DNA of 64,000 nucleotides from Basidiobolus meristosporus CBS 931.73 (Eukaryota > Fungi > Basidiobolomycota): NCBI GenBank assembly GCA_002104905.1, contig MCFE01000277.1, forward strand, positions 41,013-105,012, read 5' to 3'. The notes under the pieces were generated by a model. That model was not told the DNA's origin, did not search any database, and was given only the letters and a program-made list of their open reading frames with translations. A program made the position numbers and the translations under genes. Of the stretch, positions 13,084-24,861 are shown piece after piece (position 1 is the first letter of the stretch; each line of letters begins with the position of its first letter).

Positions 13084-14523
13084 ATGAACGCTTTTTCTAC
13101 TTTCGGTCGTACTGGAGCTATCCGCTCAATCCTGGAAATATCGTACGTTTTATTTGACCTGAACCTTACCTGCATTCTAAGTGTCTAACTTGGCATTCTC
13201 TACAGCACTAAGAGAGCTATCTATCAAGGAGTTCGCCAGGTAAACCCATTCTACCGCGACCACACTTCTCTTTCACGTACTGAATAGGCCTCTTCACCCC
13301 ACCCTCTTCTCTAGAACTCTACCTTGAACAGCGCTTCTGCATTCAGTGGTCGCTCCAGATGGAACACCCTCGCCAAGGTTAACCGTCAACACTTCCAACG
13401 GGCTGCTCTTCCCGCTCTTTTCAGTGCCCCTTTGCGCCATGGTACCGGCTTGGAGAGCAACCTTTCCTTTGGTTTGCCTAGATTCAACTCCACCTCCACC
13501 AACGTCCCCGTTGTCGATACCACCACAAGCATTGCTGGTACTTCCGAGAGTGGCTCGGTGCTGACCTCCATCGCCGATAGCGTAGATGCTAATGCGATTG
13601 TAGACGCTGCTATGAAGGTTGGGGACCTCAAGGCCATGGGCTTGGTCAATTTCACCCCAGTCGGATTCATTCAGGCTGCACTTGAGTTCATTCACGTCAG
13701 CACTGGTATCCCATGGTGGGGCACCATTGTCGCCACCACTCTTCTCATTCGATTGGCCTTGTTCCCCATCGTGGTCAAGTTGCAGAGAAACGCCGCCGTC
13801 TTACACAACATCAAGCCTGAGATGGACCGCCTTACCGCACATTTGAACCGTGCCAAGTCCGACGGAGATACTGTTGCCATCGCACAATACTCTCACGAGT
13901 TCCGTCAATTGTTCGAGAAGCACAATGCCAACCCATTGAAGATGTTGGCCCTTCCACTCATGCAAGCACCTGTGATGCTTTCATTCTTCTTCGCGTTGAG
14001 AGATATGGCCCAGTTGCCAGTGCCACAATTCCAGACCGGTGGTACCGCCTGGTTCACCGATCTGACCGCTGCCGATCCTTTGTACATCCTCCCAGTCGTC
14101 TCCGGCCTTGGATTCTTGGCCATTCTCGAGGTAGGTGCTAGTGAAGGGATGGTTAGTACGGATATCCTAACCAAGTACTCACTGATGTTCATCTAGCTTG
14201 GAAGTGAAGCCGGTACCAACGTTGGCCAAACCAAGAATGTTAAATGGTTCTTCAGATTTATGGCAGTCGCCATGGTCCCTGTGACCGCGAATTTCGCCTC
14301 GGTAAGTGAATTTTTATGAGTGTTTGGCATGTAATTGTTCCCTAACGCACAGGCTATTCAGTCGATCTTCGTCTATTGGGTGACCTCCAATGCCTTCTCC
14401 ATTGGACAAGTTCTTACCCTCAAGAACCCAGCCATCCGTAAAAGCATGGGCATCCCCCTTCTTATGGAACATAAGACAGTCGGCTCCGCTAAATCCAAGA
14501 AATCCAAGACCACCAAGAAATAA
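13084..14523 (+). CDS. OXA1: Mitochondrial inner-membrane insertase Oxa1/YidC (5 exons: 13084-13142, 13206-13239, 13315-14130, 14197-14301, 14353-14523)
   Basis: Matrix-targeting N-terminus; GIPWWGTIVATTLLIRLALFP; WFTDLTAADPLYILP; YWVTSNAFSIGQ; basic C-tail. Introns keep the frame. Confidence 0.92.
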
Positions 14524-16065
14524 ATGGGGACCGCTAACGATCATTCATCCATGTATTCATATATATAAATCTGTTTGCATTTCAAATAAACAATCCTCTC
14601 CCATCGTAGAGAAGATAATCAACCATGATGCTTGGTACTGGCCAGAGCCCACTTCTCTACCACATTCGGCATCAACGGGGTCCGGAATACCAAATACAGC
14701 CGACTTGATAACGACCTTAGACTGTGACATGAGTGCTGGAAGCCAACGAGTGCCGGTGCCTAAATGATGCGATAACCAGAAGTTTTTCGCAATCTGAGGC
14801 TGGTCAGTGGCATTTATGTGGAGACGACACTGTCTTACGATTGGCAAGGTGTGGTCTCTGTATTAGTAATTATTAGATCGCACAAATCTCTGCTGTATCT
14901 CACATAGAGCAAGCCTCTCGGTCCAAGCTTAATTTTAGCACTAATCTAATTGTTGCTCACCTTCAGTGATTCAGGCTGGGGGATACTTATGCGTCGATGA
15001 TTTATCCCTACTATGTTCTAAATTCCAGGTGGATCAAACAAGGATCACAACATGCCAAGTCCGAATCCGAATTAGCAGTCAAAGCCGAATCGGCGACCGC
15101 AAGATCACTTCTTGGCATGCCAAATCTCGGAGAATCTGCCACGAAGATCAGACTTGAAGCTACTTGGCAGGCACCAGCCATGTGAATGATTAGCAAGAGA
15201 GCCCATTTGATAGGTGATCGAGAAATCCTCATAGTCGCAAAGATTGCACGATTCCAGAGCAACGATTCACAGGACGCTCAGCGTTCTTGCCAGGCCCAAT
15301 CCCCTTCGCGAGTTAGCGATTTGGATGGTGACCACTTTTCGAGCGATCCAAATCCGATCATTTCCGTGTCGTGCGTGGTTGGTTGGGTTCAGGATGGTCT
15401 TAAGAAATCTCGAAAACCTATGGAAGATTGGCCGGTCTAGGGGATCTAAGCATATGAAACCATACTAATTGCTGCCAAATCAACGTCCGCGTAGGAGGTT
15501 TTGAAGGTGTGTCTCGTGAATGGGTGATTCATTTTCTCTGGTGCTGCTGACATTCTCGTCATCCACCTTGTTGTCCAGGAAAGGGATTTCAAGAGAAGGC
15601 TGGCATTTCATCATCGCCAACCCTATTGATGAATGGCACAACCATGGTGGTTTCGGGCCATTTGGCAGTATTAGATGGATCTTATGACTTCACCACTGAA
15701 TGAACTCCTCCTCCAGGCCAATCCATTTCTCTCTCCAAGTCCCTTGCGGTGACCATTTCTAATCATGCTGAACCACAGGTGGTCGAGTTTAATCGGTTTT
15801 ATTGAGGTAGATACACTATCAGTACAGTATGATGTCAAACAACGCAAAAGAGGTTGCGATCTAGGTATTCGGTATTTCTTATTTTATACAAAGACGGTCA
15901 ATTGTTAAGGATGGGTTACTCGCCGAATACCTTTAGGTATGGACTGTATGCACTTCCACCGGTAGACGGGGCTTCAGTCTTTAACATTGATTTGGTGGGT
16001 GCATTCTGGTTACATTGCTGACATGTAGGAAAGGGACGGTGGTTAGGCTACTTGCACACCACAAT

Positions 16066-16395
16066 CTAGTTCTCGTTAATCAAGTCATCCCAGAGGTCAT
16101 CAGCCGGTGCCTCGGCGGTCTTAATCACTGGGTTTACTTCGGGATTGTGACCAAAGGTGCAAACAATCTCTTGTTTCCATTCAACATCTTCTGCGTTAAG
16201 GACCCCTTTCATGTACTCGTTCTGGTCACGCTCAAAAGCCAATCGTTCATGCTCCTCCATGGGAAGGGTGAAGATGTTGGTCAAGGGGCGAGATCGAACC
16301 GTAGCCATTGGGGCAATTCGCATGTTGACACGCTTCATAGAGGTCAATCCGGAAACCCTAGCAAAAGAAGTGAAGGCAGTAATACGGGCAGACAT
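16066..16395 (-). CDS. Small hypothetical protein (109 aa) with a mitochondrial-presequence-like N-terminus
   Basis: ATG at 16395. Arg/Ser/Thr-rich, acid-free first ~40 aa followed by an acidic region; C-ending codon bias like the expressed neighbours. Confidence 0.65.
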   Translation of the reverse strand: MSARITAFTSFARVSGLTSMKRVNMRIAPMATVRSRPLTNIFTLPMEEHERLAFERDQNEYMKGVLNAEDVEWKQEIVCTFGHNPEVNPVIKTAEAPADDLWDDLINEN

Positions 16396-18107
16396 GTTTG
16401 AGTCGAAATGCTGGAATCCTTCACTGCTGGCCATCCTTATATATCCTCCATTCTAAAACCAAGACCAGATCCTCTGCCAATCGGGGGTTCGGGATTTGGA
16501 AAATTATCAAGCAGCATCAACAGACCAATTTACTGCTCGCCACCGAAATCCCATCATACTGACCTACGAATCTAAATATCATGTGGCTAAGGTTACTGAT
16601 CATCACAGTAGACTAATCATCCACTCCTTGACATCTCATTAGATCCTGTCTCCAACCGTCGAGTTCAGTAACTCTAGCTGAGTGAGCATTCATGCCGCAC
16701 ACCGACCAGAAATGGGAATTGTTTTCACTGACTTCAGCTAGTAGCAAAGCACGGAACATCTAATAATGCATGATTTACACTTGAGCCAAGCTAACGAGAA
16801 GCAAGATCCTGGTTTTGTGGAGGGTATCGAGGCTTCCGAGAAATTATCGTCGACTTGTAGGCGAGGATAAACCGGATGCCTCTAATGGAAGGGACGTGTC
16901 CTGCCCTTGAGCTGAGCCAAGTGTACGTAGAGAGCACTTTTTTGGCCGCACCAGTTATGGTGACCTGGTCCCAGTAGATGGTGTAGATCTGAGGACAGGT
17001 ATTTTGATTTTATCTCGTAGTATAGGATCTGGTGTCAGAATCGATTGATCGAAATCATCATTTCCGATTCTTCAGAGCTCCGGAACTCTCCGAGTCTGTA
17101 CCAAAATCCAAACTATGGGGGCTTCGTGATCCTCTGATAGTAGAACACTAGCTAGGCGCCACAGTCAGACAGTCGGGATTAGATCTAGGCTAACAATATT
17201 AGCTCATCTAGGTTGTGCAAACCTCAAGAGTATCTAGTGAAGGGCTTCGGTGTACAGGGTAACTCCGGGGCTGGCGAGACCACATATTAGTTGAATTTCG
17301 GGTTAGATTAGATTTTATCGGCTCTTCCATCAATCGGCTCCATTTGATAGCCTGATAATGTGGGAGCACTAGATCCCAAGGCACCAGGATCACCTTTTGA
17401 TTAGTAAGAAATAGTCACCATCCTACCTTGCAGTCGGATCTATTTGTGGAAAGGCTTCATGATTTGATGTCGGCCTCATTTTCCACGGCAGGCTCTCGTT
17501 GCAGGATGTGTAGATACGATAGCATGCAATCATTGGTGGAACCTATTGACAGAATGTGCCGAAAGCGCGATATGGCATGAGCCATCAACAAATGTCATCA
17601 AATCCAGTGAGTTGAGTCTCAAGTGATGCCCTGAGTATAGGAACTGCAACCACACATTACGTAGCTACATCACCAACATATGAGCCTACTGTGGACGTCT
17701 GCGGGTGGAAGGCTAACCTTAATCTCTTGGTTTGCACACTGGCCCGAATGCCTACATCACCAACAGTTGCATATCCTATCTAGGTCCCTGTTCGCGCTGA
17801 CCATTCCACACTATCGTGCATGACGGGAGCCGGCTGTGAGGTGGCTTACGGTATGTTTGGCGTGGGGTGATAGAAATGGAGGTTTACTGTATTTGTGAAT
17901 GGGATATGGAATAATCTATAGTCGCATGTCCTTGTGAAAATCAGTTTGATGGGTGATACGGACAAGGAGAAAGTGGTTGTGAACAATGAATAGACAGCTA
18001 TAATACAAGAATAGTTTGTTTGTGATGTGAGATCTTCGATAATCATCTGCTCTGGGGAGATATCAAGTGGTATGTATGCTTTTGTTGCCTTTTAAGGCTG
18101 TTCAGTT

Positions 18108-19584
18108 CTAATGACCAAGTGCTGCCCTTGAACCATCTGCTGGATATTTTTGGCCCTGGCGTCATGTTCCTTTCTTCTATACTCGATCACTCTGTGGATG
18201 CGGTTAGTGTATCATAGATAACGGGGAATATGCATGTGCAACGACTTACGTATACCAAACCCCTGTTAAGCAGATAGATTGAGTATGTGAATCCATGCGA
18301 GCATATTAGGAAAGCGTTCACTTACCGCCAATTAAGGTTAAGCCTATTCCAATCGCGTTCATCGCGGAGATTTCCAGATTGAATATCAGAAATGCAAAGG
18401 CTATGGATAAAACCTGCTTCACATTGCCTTTTGATCCAAGTTAGAGAACGCAGATCTGCCAACACGTCTTATTTGCTTACCGGCGACTGTCATGGTGAGC
18501 GCCGATGTTTTCTTGTTCGCAGTGAAGCTCACGACGTTCAAGAAGAAGGCCAGAACACCGTTAAATAGCAGTGATGAGGCTAGGGACCAAGTCATGGAGG
18601 TTTCCAGGAATGAGGAGACATATTGGAGCTCCCCGGTCATGTATGCATACATCAAGGTTTGAATAAATGCTAACGGTGACATGCGATACAGCAGATCCAA
18701 TGGATGTAATTTCAGTCCGCTGGTTTGGACTTGGTTGGTCACAACAGTCTTGAGTGCTGCGAGCACGGTTCCTAGGATAGTCAGAAAGAATCCTGTCGGG
18801 GAGAATTAATCTTGGCAGTTCGTCAAAGATCTGCATTCACTTGAGTTATACCCATTGGCGTGAAATAGTAGTCACCAAAAGTTGCAAACGCTACGCCAAA
18901 CACTACCTAATAGTGCATCAGAGACGTTAGTGAACTCAGAATCAATAGATGTACGTGGATACACGCACCGGCAACAGCGAGATGTAAACTGCCAGAGGGA
19001 AGGATGTTTTCAGGAACACGATAGAGAGAATGATGGTGAAGACAGGAGTCATGGCGCGAACAACTTGATGAAACTGTTGTTGAAGTGCAAAACGGATTAG
19101 GTATGCCTCTCGCTCGATTTGTCTTTAGGAAGGTACGCATACCGGAACAGTCACCAAGTGGCTGTTGGGATTCAGGAAAAGAAGAAAGCCATCAGCAAAT
19201 CGAAGATAAAATGGATTTAGAATAAAGTGCGCCTTACAGTGAAACATTGCTAATCGCAATATTCAAGGTATACAATACTGAGAATGCTAGCATGATGGTG
19301 TTCTCTCTCTCACCAAGTCGACGTGGCTTGAAAATCCCAAGCAAATAGAAAACATAGGAACCAACGGCTCCGCAAAGCGTGTGTAATCCGGTCAGAGTCC
19401 ATGGAAACTTGAATGAGAAGAACTGCATCAGAGCCTTGCTGTGAAGCGTCAGGGTGAGATTAAAGAAGAAGTAAATAATAAGCCAGACAGCAGAGGAGTT
19501 TAATATATCCAAGGAGAATGTACTACGAATAGCACGACGAAGACCAGTGTGAATAGGTAGAAGGTCGCTCTGTGTTGAACTCAT
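18108..19584 (-). CDS. Triose-phosphate/nucleotide-sugar transporter family (DMT, SLC35E-like); multi-exon with 13- and 19-nt micro-exons
   Basis: NIAISNVSL|HLVTVP|FHQVVRAMTPVFTI, LHPLDLLYRMSPLA, FFLNVVSFTANKKTSALTMTVAG|NVKQVLSI: TPT-family motifs joined through GT-AG introns. Confidence 0.88.
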
Positions 19585-20901
19585 AGTGCCGGAATACTTC
19601 TTATTTTATCGCAGGAAGGGAGTAATGAAATAGAAGACTTGGGCACTGTCTTGGAAAGTCTGGAGCTCTAGAGTCAAATACAGCAAACAAAGTTGGTGTT
19701 GGTACAGATGTAAAGCCAACGAGGGAGAAGAGTTAGGAGCACTTCAAGTCGTCGGAGTGGTGTTAAGGATGGCAAGGTGACTGAAATGAATAGCAGCCAG
19801 GTGATGTGATCCGGATTGCAGGCTGCAATGGTGGTTGGGATATTCAGTGTTGGATTTCAACCAAGGATAGGCACAGTTAAGGTGCAAGAGAATTCAAGGA
19901 GAGCGCTAGCTTGCAGTGGATGAAAAAGGTGAGAAGTAACAAAGGCTGTCAGGGCTATTTGTAGTAATGGATGGAGCGCAGGAATTAAGGGGGCGGTAGA
20001 CCCGAAAAATGCTGAAGGGGCTTGAGAGTAACGATGCTCCAACACCGTGTGTTTTCTGGGTGCCAAAAATTGCGGTCCCAACTTGGCTTGAAATCAGCCA
20101 GTTACAGATTTGGATATGCCGAACCGGTTGTACAATTTATTGACCCTGTCGTTTAACATTGGCAATGCCAATTTGTTCATAATCCGGAACAATGGGAGAG
20201 AGGACGGCTTTCATTTGAAGGCTTTTTTGAGCAGCAAAGCCGTTTCAGAGTGGTTTCAGAGAAATCTAAGAATGGTGAGGTTCAAAGCCATAGCATGACC
20301 TGGTTGAAGGCACGACGCTAGGCTTTGGCCTATTGTAAACGTTGGTAGCCATCATATGTGCTTAGCCTTGGTGGAGTGCTGATTTCCTAAATAGTGTTGT
20401 TTAACAAATATATCAAGTTTTTTTGGCCACGGGCTGCAACTTGAACCCATTCACACCAGACAAATAACCTAGCTGAGTCTAGTCTGACGCTCAGCTCACT
20501 TTTGTGAACCTCAGTACCTTATGGAAAAGAAGCTTATTCTCCACCATCCCTTTATTGATTAGAGTAATTTACGCATTATCTCCTATTCAAGTCAACATGT
20601 GATGCAACTTCATGCAGGATATTCCATCGCTTTTTGCTCTAGCACGGTAATGTGGCCGCTCCACATACGCTCGACTCAAATATCCCGTCCCGCTACTTCG
20701 CTTGGACACAAAATACTACTGTCGTTTATGTGCGCGGCGACTGTTCGCTCCCGCAAACGCACTGCATAAGGTTTTCTTCCAAGAAATGTAATTGACAGCT
20801 CCTCCCATCACAATCGTGGTCATATTTATTGCTTCTTTGCTAACATGCCAAACACTGCTAACTCTCAACTATGAGGTCGATTTTCTGGTGAAACCATGCA
20901 A

Positions 20902-22149
20902 TCAAGAGTCTGGGCTATGGGAGGGGACAAACACAACTTTGGTGCAATTTTCCAATTTCTTATCAAATAAGTGATAAGCCCGCGCAGCATCCTTCAGGGG
21001 AAACCGATGGGAAATGATCTTGCTGATATTATATTTCTTCTTTTCAAGGATAGGTACCAGCTTTTCCATCATAGCTCTGGCCGGGCATCTCCCGGATTTG
21101 TACGTAACATTCTTATTATACCCGTCAGCCGGGGAAAATGGGAAGCTTTTGGAAGTGTGCACGCCGATCGAGGATATGATTCCTCCTGGCCTCATAATAT
21201 CGAAGGCCGTTTTCAGGGCGGACGGATTACCAACAGCCTACATGGAAAATCAATCATCCCGTTAATTCTCGGAGCGCAACAGTGGTTAGCAATACACCAA
21301 CCTCAAACACGACATCGGCTCCGCGTCCACTTGTTTTCTGGCCAAAGAAAGCTACAAGATCCTTCTCTTCGGGAGACACAGGCTCTGCGCCAAGCTCGCG
21401 AGCAATTTCCAATCGTTCTGGTACAGAGTCAATGGCATATATTCTAGCAGCGCCCGACTCTTTGGCCCCAATAATCGACATCAGCCCTACAGGGCCACAG
21501 CCTATAACTACTACTACCGTTTCTGCAAGCTCCTCTTGGGATACTCCTGACAATCCATTGTGTGCACAGAAGAATCCAGTAGGGAACACATCGCCAATTA
21601 GAAGCCCCTCCTCATCCGTAATAGTTTCCGGCAGCTTGAGTAGAGTCGAAGAGGCAAGAGGCACACGTACGTACTCTGCTTGCCCACCATCCACACTTGG
21701 GAAATATTGTTAAACCAGCAAGACAAAATATATCATAGATAGCCGACTTACTGCCATCCAAACAGCTGCCCTTTTTCACAACGGCAAGTGAGTCCTTTTT
21801 GGCAATAAAAGCATTTACCGCAGGAAGTAGTAAAAGCACTCGCCACTCTGTCATTTACAGCAAACCCAGTAACTTCTGAGCCCACCTCAACGACCCTGCC
21901 CATGAATTCGTGGCCCAATACATTTTTGAAGGTGCAGCCCACCTGGTCGCCTCGATAAACTAGGTTAGATTTCGGTTAGCATCTTGATGTACACTTCCGA
22001 AAAAGCACGAATGGGTTACTATGTAGGTCACTTCCACACAAGCCAGCAAGATGGACCTGGACAAGGGCATCAGTTGGCTCAAGTATGCTTGGTTTCGGGA
22101 CAGTTTTGGTGGCGACCTCGAAGTCTTTTTGTAGGGTAACGGCCTCCAT
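20902..22149 (-). CDS. Zinc-dependent medium-chain alcohol/formaldehyde dehydrogenase-like protein (multi-exon)
   Basis: GLCGSDLH, LGHEFMGRVVEVG, structural Zn cluster CGKCFYCQKGLTCRC, GGQAEYVRVP, and Rossmann motif IGCGPVG. Confidence 0.9.
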
Positions 22150-23799
22150 GAATAGCGCTCTTCAAGATTGTGACTATTCGAGGACTTCTTGAGGAACTAT
22201 TTATGGAGACTTCGTGACTACCATGTAACTATGATGATTAATCAATAATCATGGCTGTTTCAAAATCTGGTGGTAACACGATGGTTTACTGGGACATGTA
22301 AGCCGATGGGAAAATCGATAGTATTACGTGGTGGTTGCTGGCTGATGGGAGAGTTTGACATACAGCGTTTCTTCAGCATGGTGAGCAACATCTCACACCT
22401 GAACATGTGCTCGGCTCAAGAGAAGCTGATGACTAAGTCAGATTTCTAAGACAGGATAGATTGGTGATTAGTCGAGCTTCCTCAGGGAGCATGGTTTCTC
22501 GCAGGCGGTCTATCAACGATTACTGCTAAGGAGTATCCCCGAGTTGACATATACACAGCTTTAGGCATTCGAGGATCCAAGGACATCGATATCACAGTCA
22601 ATATAGTAGAGACAGGATCATCTATAGTGGTGGCTAGGGTGTAAGCAGAGATCTAGGCATACTGAATCTCAACCAAATACAAGCAACGTAGAGTTGCTGG
22701 CAATCCAAAAACTTGAGTATATCGCCCGCGTAACACCTTGTGAACTGTATGCATCTGTCGCTCCGCCCTCGAGCTCTGTCGAAGATACACACATGCTATT
22801 TATTCTGGAATAGAGTCTCTACTCGCGCCCGCCTGATGCGATTGGGTGTACTACAGATAGTTTCTCATCGTATCAGCCACCAAGTAAGGCATGGGATGCG
22901 GATGGATTTGGCAACCTTGAAGCATGATTCTCAAAAGCTTGGTATTGATAACAACCCAAACCCAACGAGATTGGTTGTACATTTCATGGTTGCCCGGATA
23001 TACACTTGACGAATCGAAATTGTTAATAATAGCACTCCACATGAATGAGAGGGCCACAGATCATTGGATAGCTATGGTCAGCAGGATCTTCCTTGAAATT
23101 CTAGAGTGCTGGCTGGATGTGGAATGACCAGATACTTATCATTTCAATACCACCTCGCCCTTATACTTGGCAACCATACAAATTCCACGCAGCACAAAGT
23201 TACAGTAAGATGGTGCAACATGGGCGTGGGCCGCTCCAAACCTGAAATTAGAATACTAAACCTCTTTGGCCTAGCCATTGGGTCATATGTTGCTGGCTTC
23301 GCAAAGATGGTAGCACCTGAGGTAACACGATGTCCACCGCTATCAAGTTACCCCAGCTGTGGAATGATATCTCACCAATGGGGAGGCGCGCTCGAGTCCT
23401 ATTTCGACATATGTTTATCTGGGACTTGTATTTTAAGCTATCCAATAGATTTGCCCCACCGAGGGAATCGAATACACACTCGCCAATGGCTCGAATGTTG
23501 TACTAAATTTAAACTTTGATCAGGATTCGGCAGGTGATTTATGTCGCAAACATATTGCTATTGAAGGTGATGACTTTTGTACAGGCAAAAGGAGTATGGT
23601 TTGTAGGAAATGGTGGAGGCTGAAAATAGAGACAGGGAAGAAAAAAATTAAAACATGCCAATGGGTCAGGGATTATGAAGGTCAACATCCCGATGCATGA
23701 CTAGTAACATTAGGTTATTAAAAGCATTAGGTTAACGGATCTAGAGGGTAGCGAGCCTGTCATCCTAATTTTCTACTACGTATGTAATTCACCAGTCGG

Positions 23800-24861
23800 T
23801 CACACAGAATAACTTGAGGTGGGGAGATCGATAGAGGAGTAGGTGTTCAAGCGGAGATCCAGACCATCAACCCATACAACTATGTCCAAGAGAACGGAGT
23901 TCAACCTGTTTTCCATCATAATGAGAGATTTCCGGTCGGCGTCGCCATTCCCTTTGGTTGCATCTAGGCCAATAAGAGAGGGCGATATCCTTTGTGACGC
24001 TTCATTGACCAATGAAAAGTAGAAGGAGTAGAGCCCAAAGGTAAGCAGCACCGCAAGGAAGATGTCTATCGTGTAGTGCATACGCGTAGCTATGATAGTC
24101 AGAATTCCGATTATTCCATGTGAGTAGGCACACAGTATGGCCCACTTGTTACGCCCATAGATGCTCCACAACATCATACACGACACGATAATCATGGTAT
24201 GTCCGGAGAAAATGTTATCGGAGCATGTTTTGTACAACCCAACCATCATGGTGAGCCCAACCCAGAGGAAGTCTCTAAAGCCGTTGATTTGGATCGGATG
24301 GCAGTCTCTTGGGCAAGGTAGAGTTGTTACGATAATTGTAATGGAGCGCAGCAAGTAAAGAGTTCCGGTCAACCAAACAAAGCGGCGCAGTACGACGATG
24401 GCCTCAAGCCAGCTTCGCGCAAGAAGGGTGAGGCTGGACAACGTGACGACTAGTAGCGACATGACAAAAAAATCAGGAACCCACTCTCGCGTCAACGAGG
24501 GAACAGTAGAGAAGCCCAGATCGCTTAGTGGCTCCTTGATCAATGATGCAGCCCACCTTTGATCAGACAGGAGTTGAATCAAGAACATATGATAAACAAC
24601 AATGAGGATGAAGAGAATGGAAAGCGCAAAACGGATAAGGTCTGGCCTTAGCGAGGACAGCGATTTCTTTGGGCTCATCATGCAAAAGCTGCGAACTTCC
24701 AATACTGAGCGAAGTATCAATGTGTTGGTGACAAAAGAGAACCCAGGACGAAATCCTAGGATTGGTGAAAGCCTCCTTTTATTTAGATCTGAGCGAGGAC
24801 TGTAGAACATCAGAAAAACAAATACGACAAGGACCTTCCAAATCTGTCGAGAATCTCGCAT
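23800..24861 (-). CDS. Sphingomyelin-synthase-family (PAP2_C) phosphotransferase
   Basis: Multi-TM protein with CSDNIFSGHT and MHYTIDIFLA, matching the SMS catalytic D3/D4 motifs. ATG taken at 24861. Confidence 0.85.
   Translation of the reverse strand: MRDSRQIWKVLVVFVFLMFYSPRSDLNKRRLSPILGFRPGFSFVTNTLILRSVLEVRSFCMMSPKKSLSSLRPDLIRFALSILFILIVVYHMFLIQLLSDQRWAASLIKEPLSDLGFSTVPSLTREWVPDFFVMSLLVVTLSSLTLLARSWLEAIVVLRRFVWLTGTLYLLRSITIIVTTLPCPRDCHPIQINGFRDFLWVGLTMMVGLYKTCSDNIFSGHTMIIVSCMMLWSIYGRNKWAILCAYSHGIIGILTIIATRMHYTIDIFLAVLLTFGLYSFYFSLVNEASQRISPSLIGLDATKGNGDADRKSLIMMENRLNSVLLDIVVWVDGLDLRLNTYSSIDLPTSSYSV

Noticed and set aside
14557-15780. Possible multi-exon minus-strand gene between OXA1 and the small ORF
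   Set aside because: Some frames can be joined through GT-AG pairs, but donors are weak and the product resembles nothing I recognise; unresolved without RNA-seq.
19149-19161. 13-nt match (AGTCACCAAGTGG) to the SINE tail hairpin
   Set aside because: Lies in a coding micro-exon (HLVT) of the transporter, and lacks the second stem arm and the rest of the tail; coincidence.
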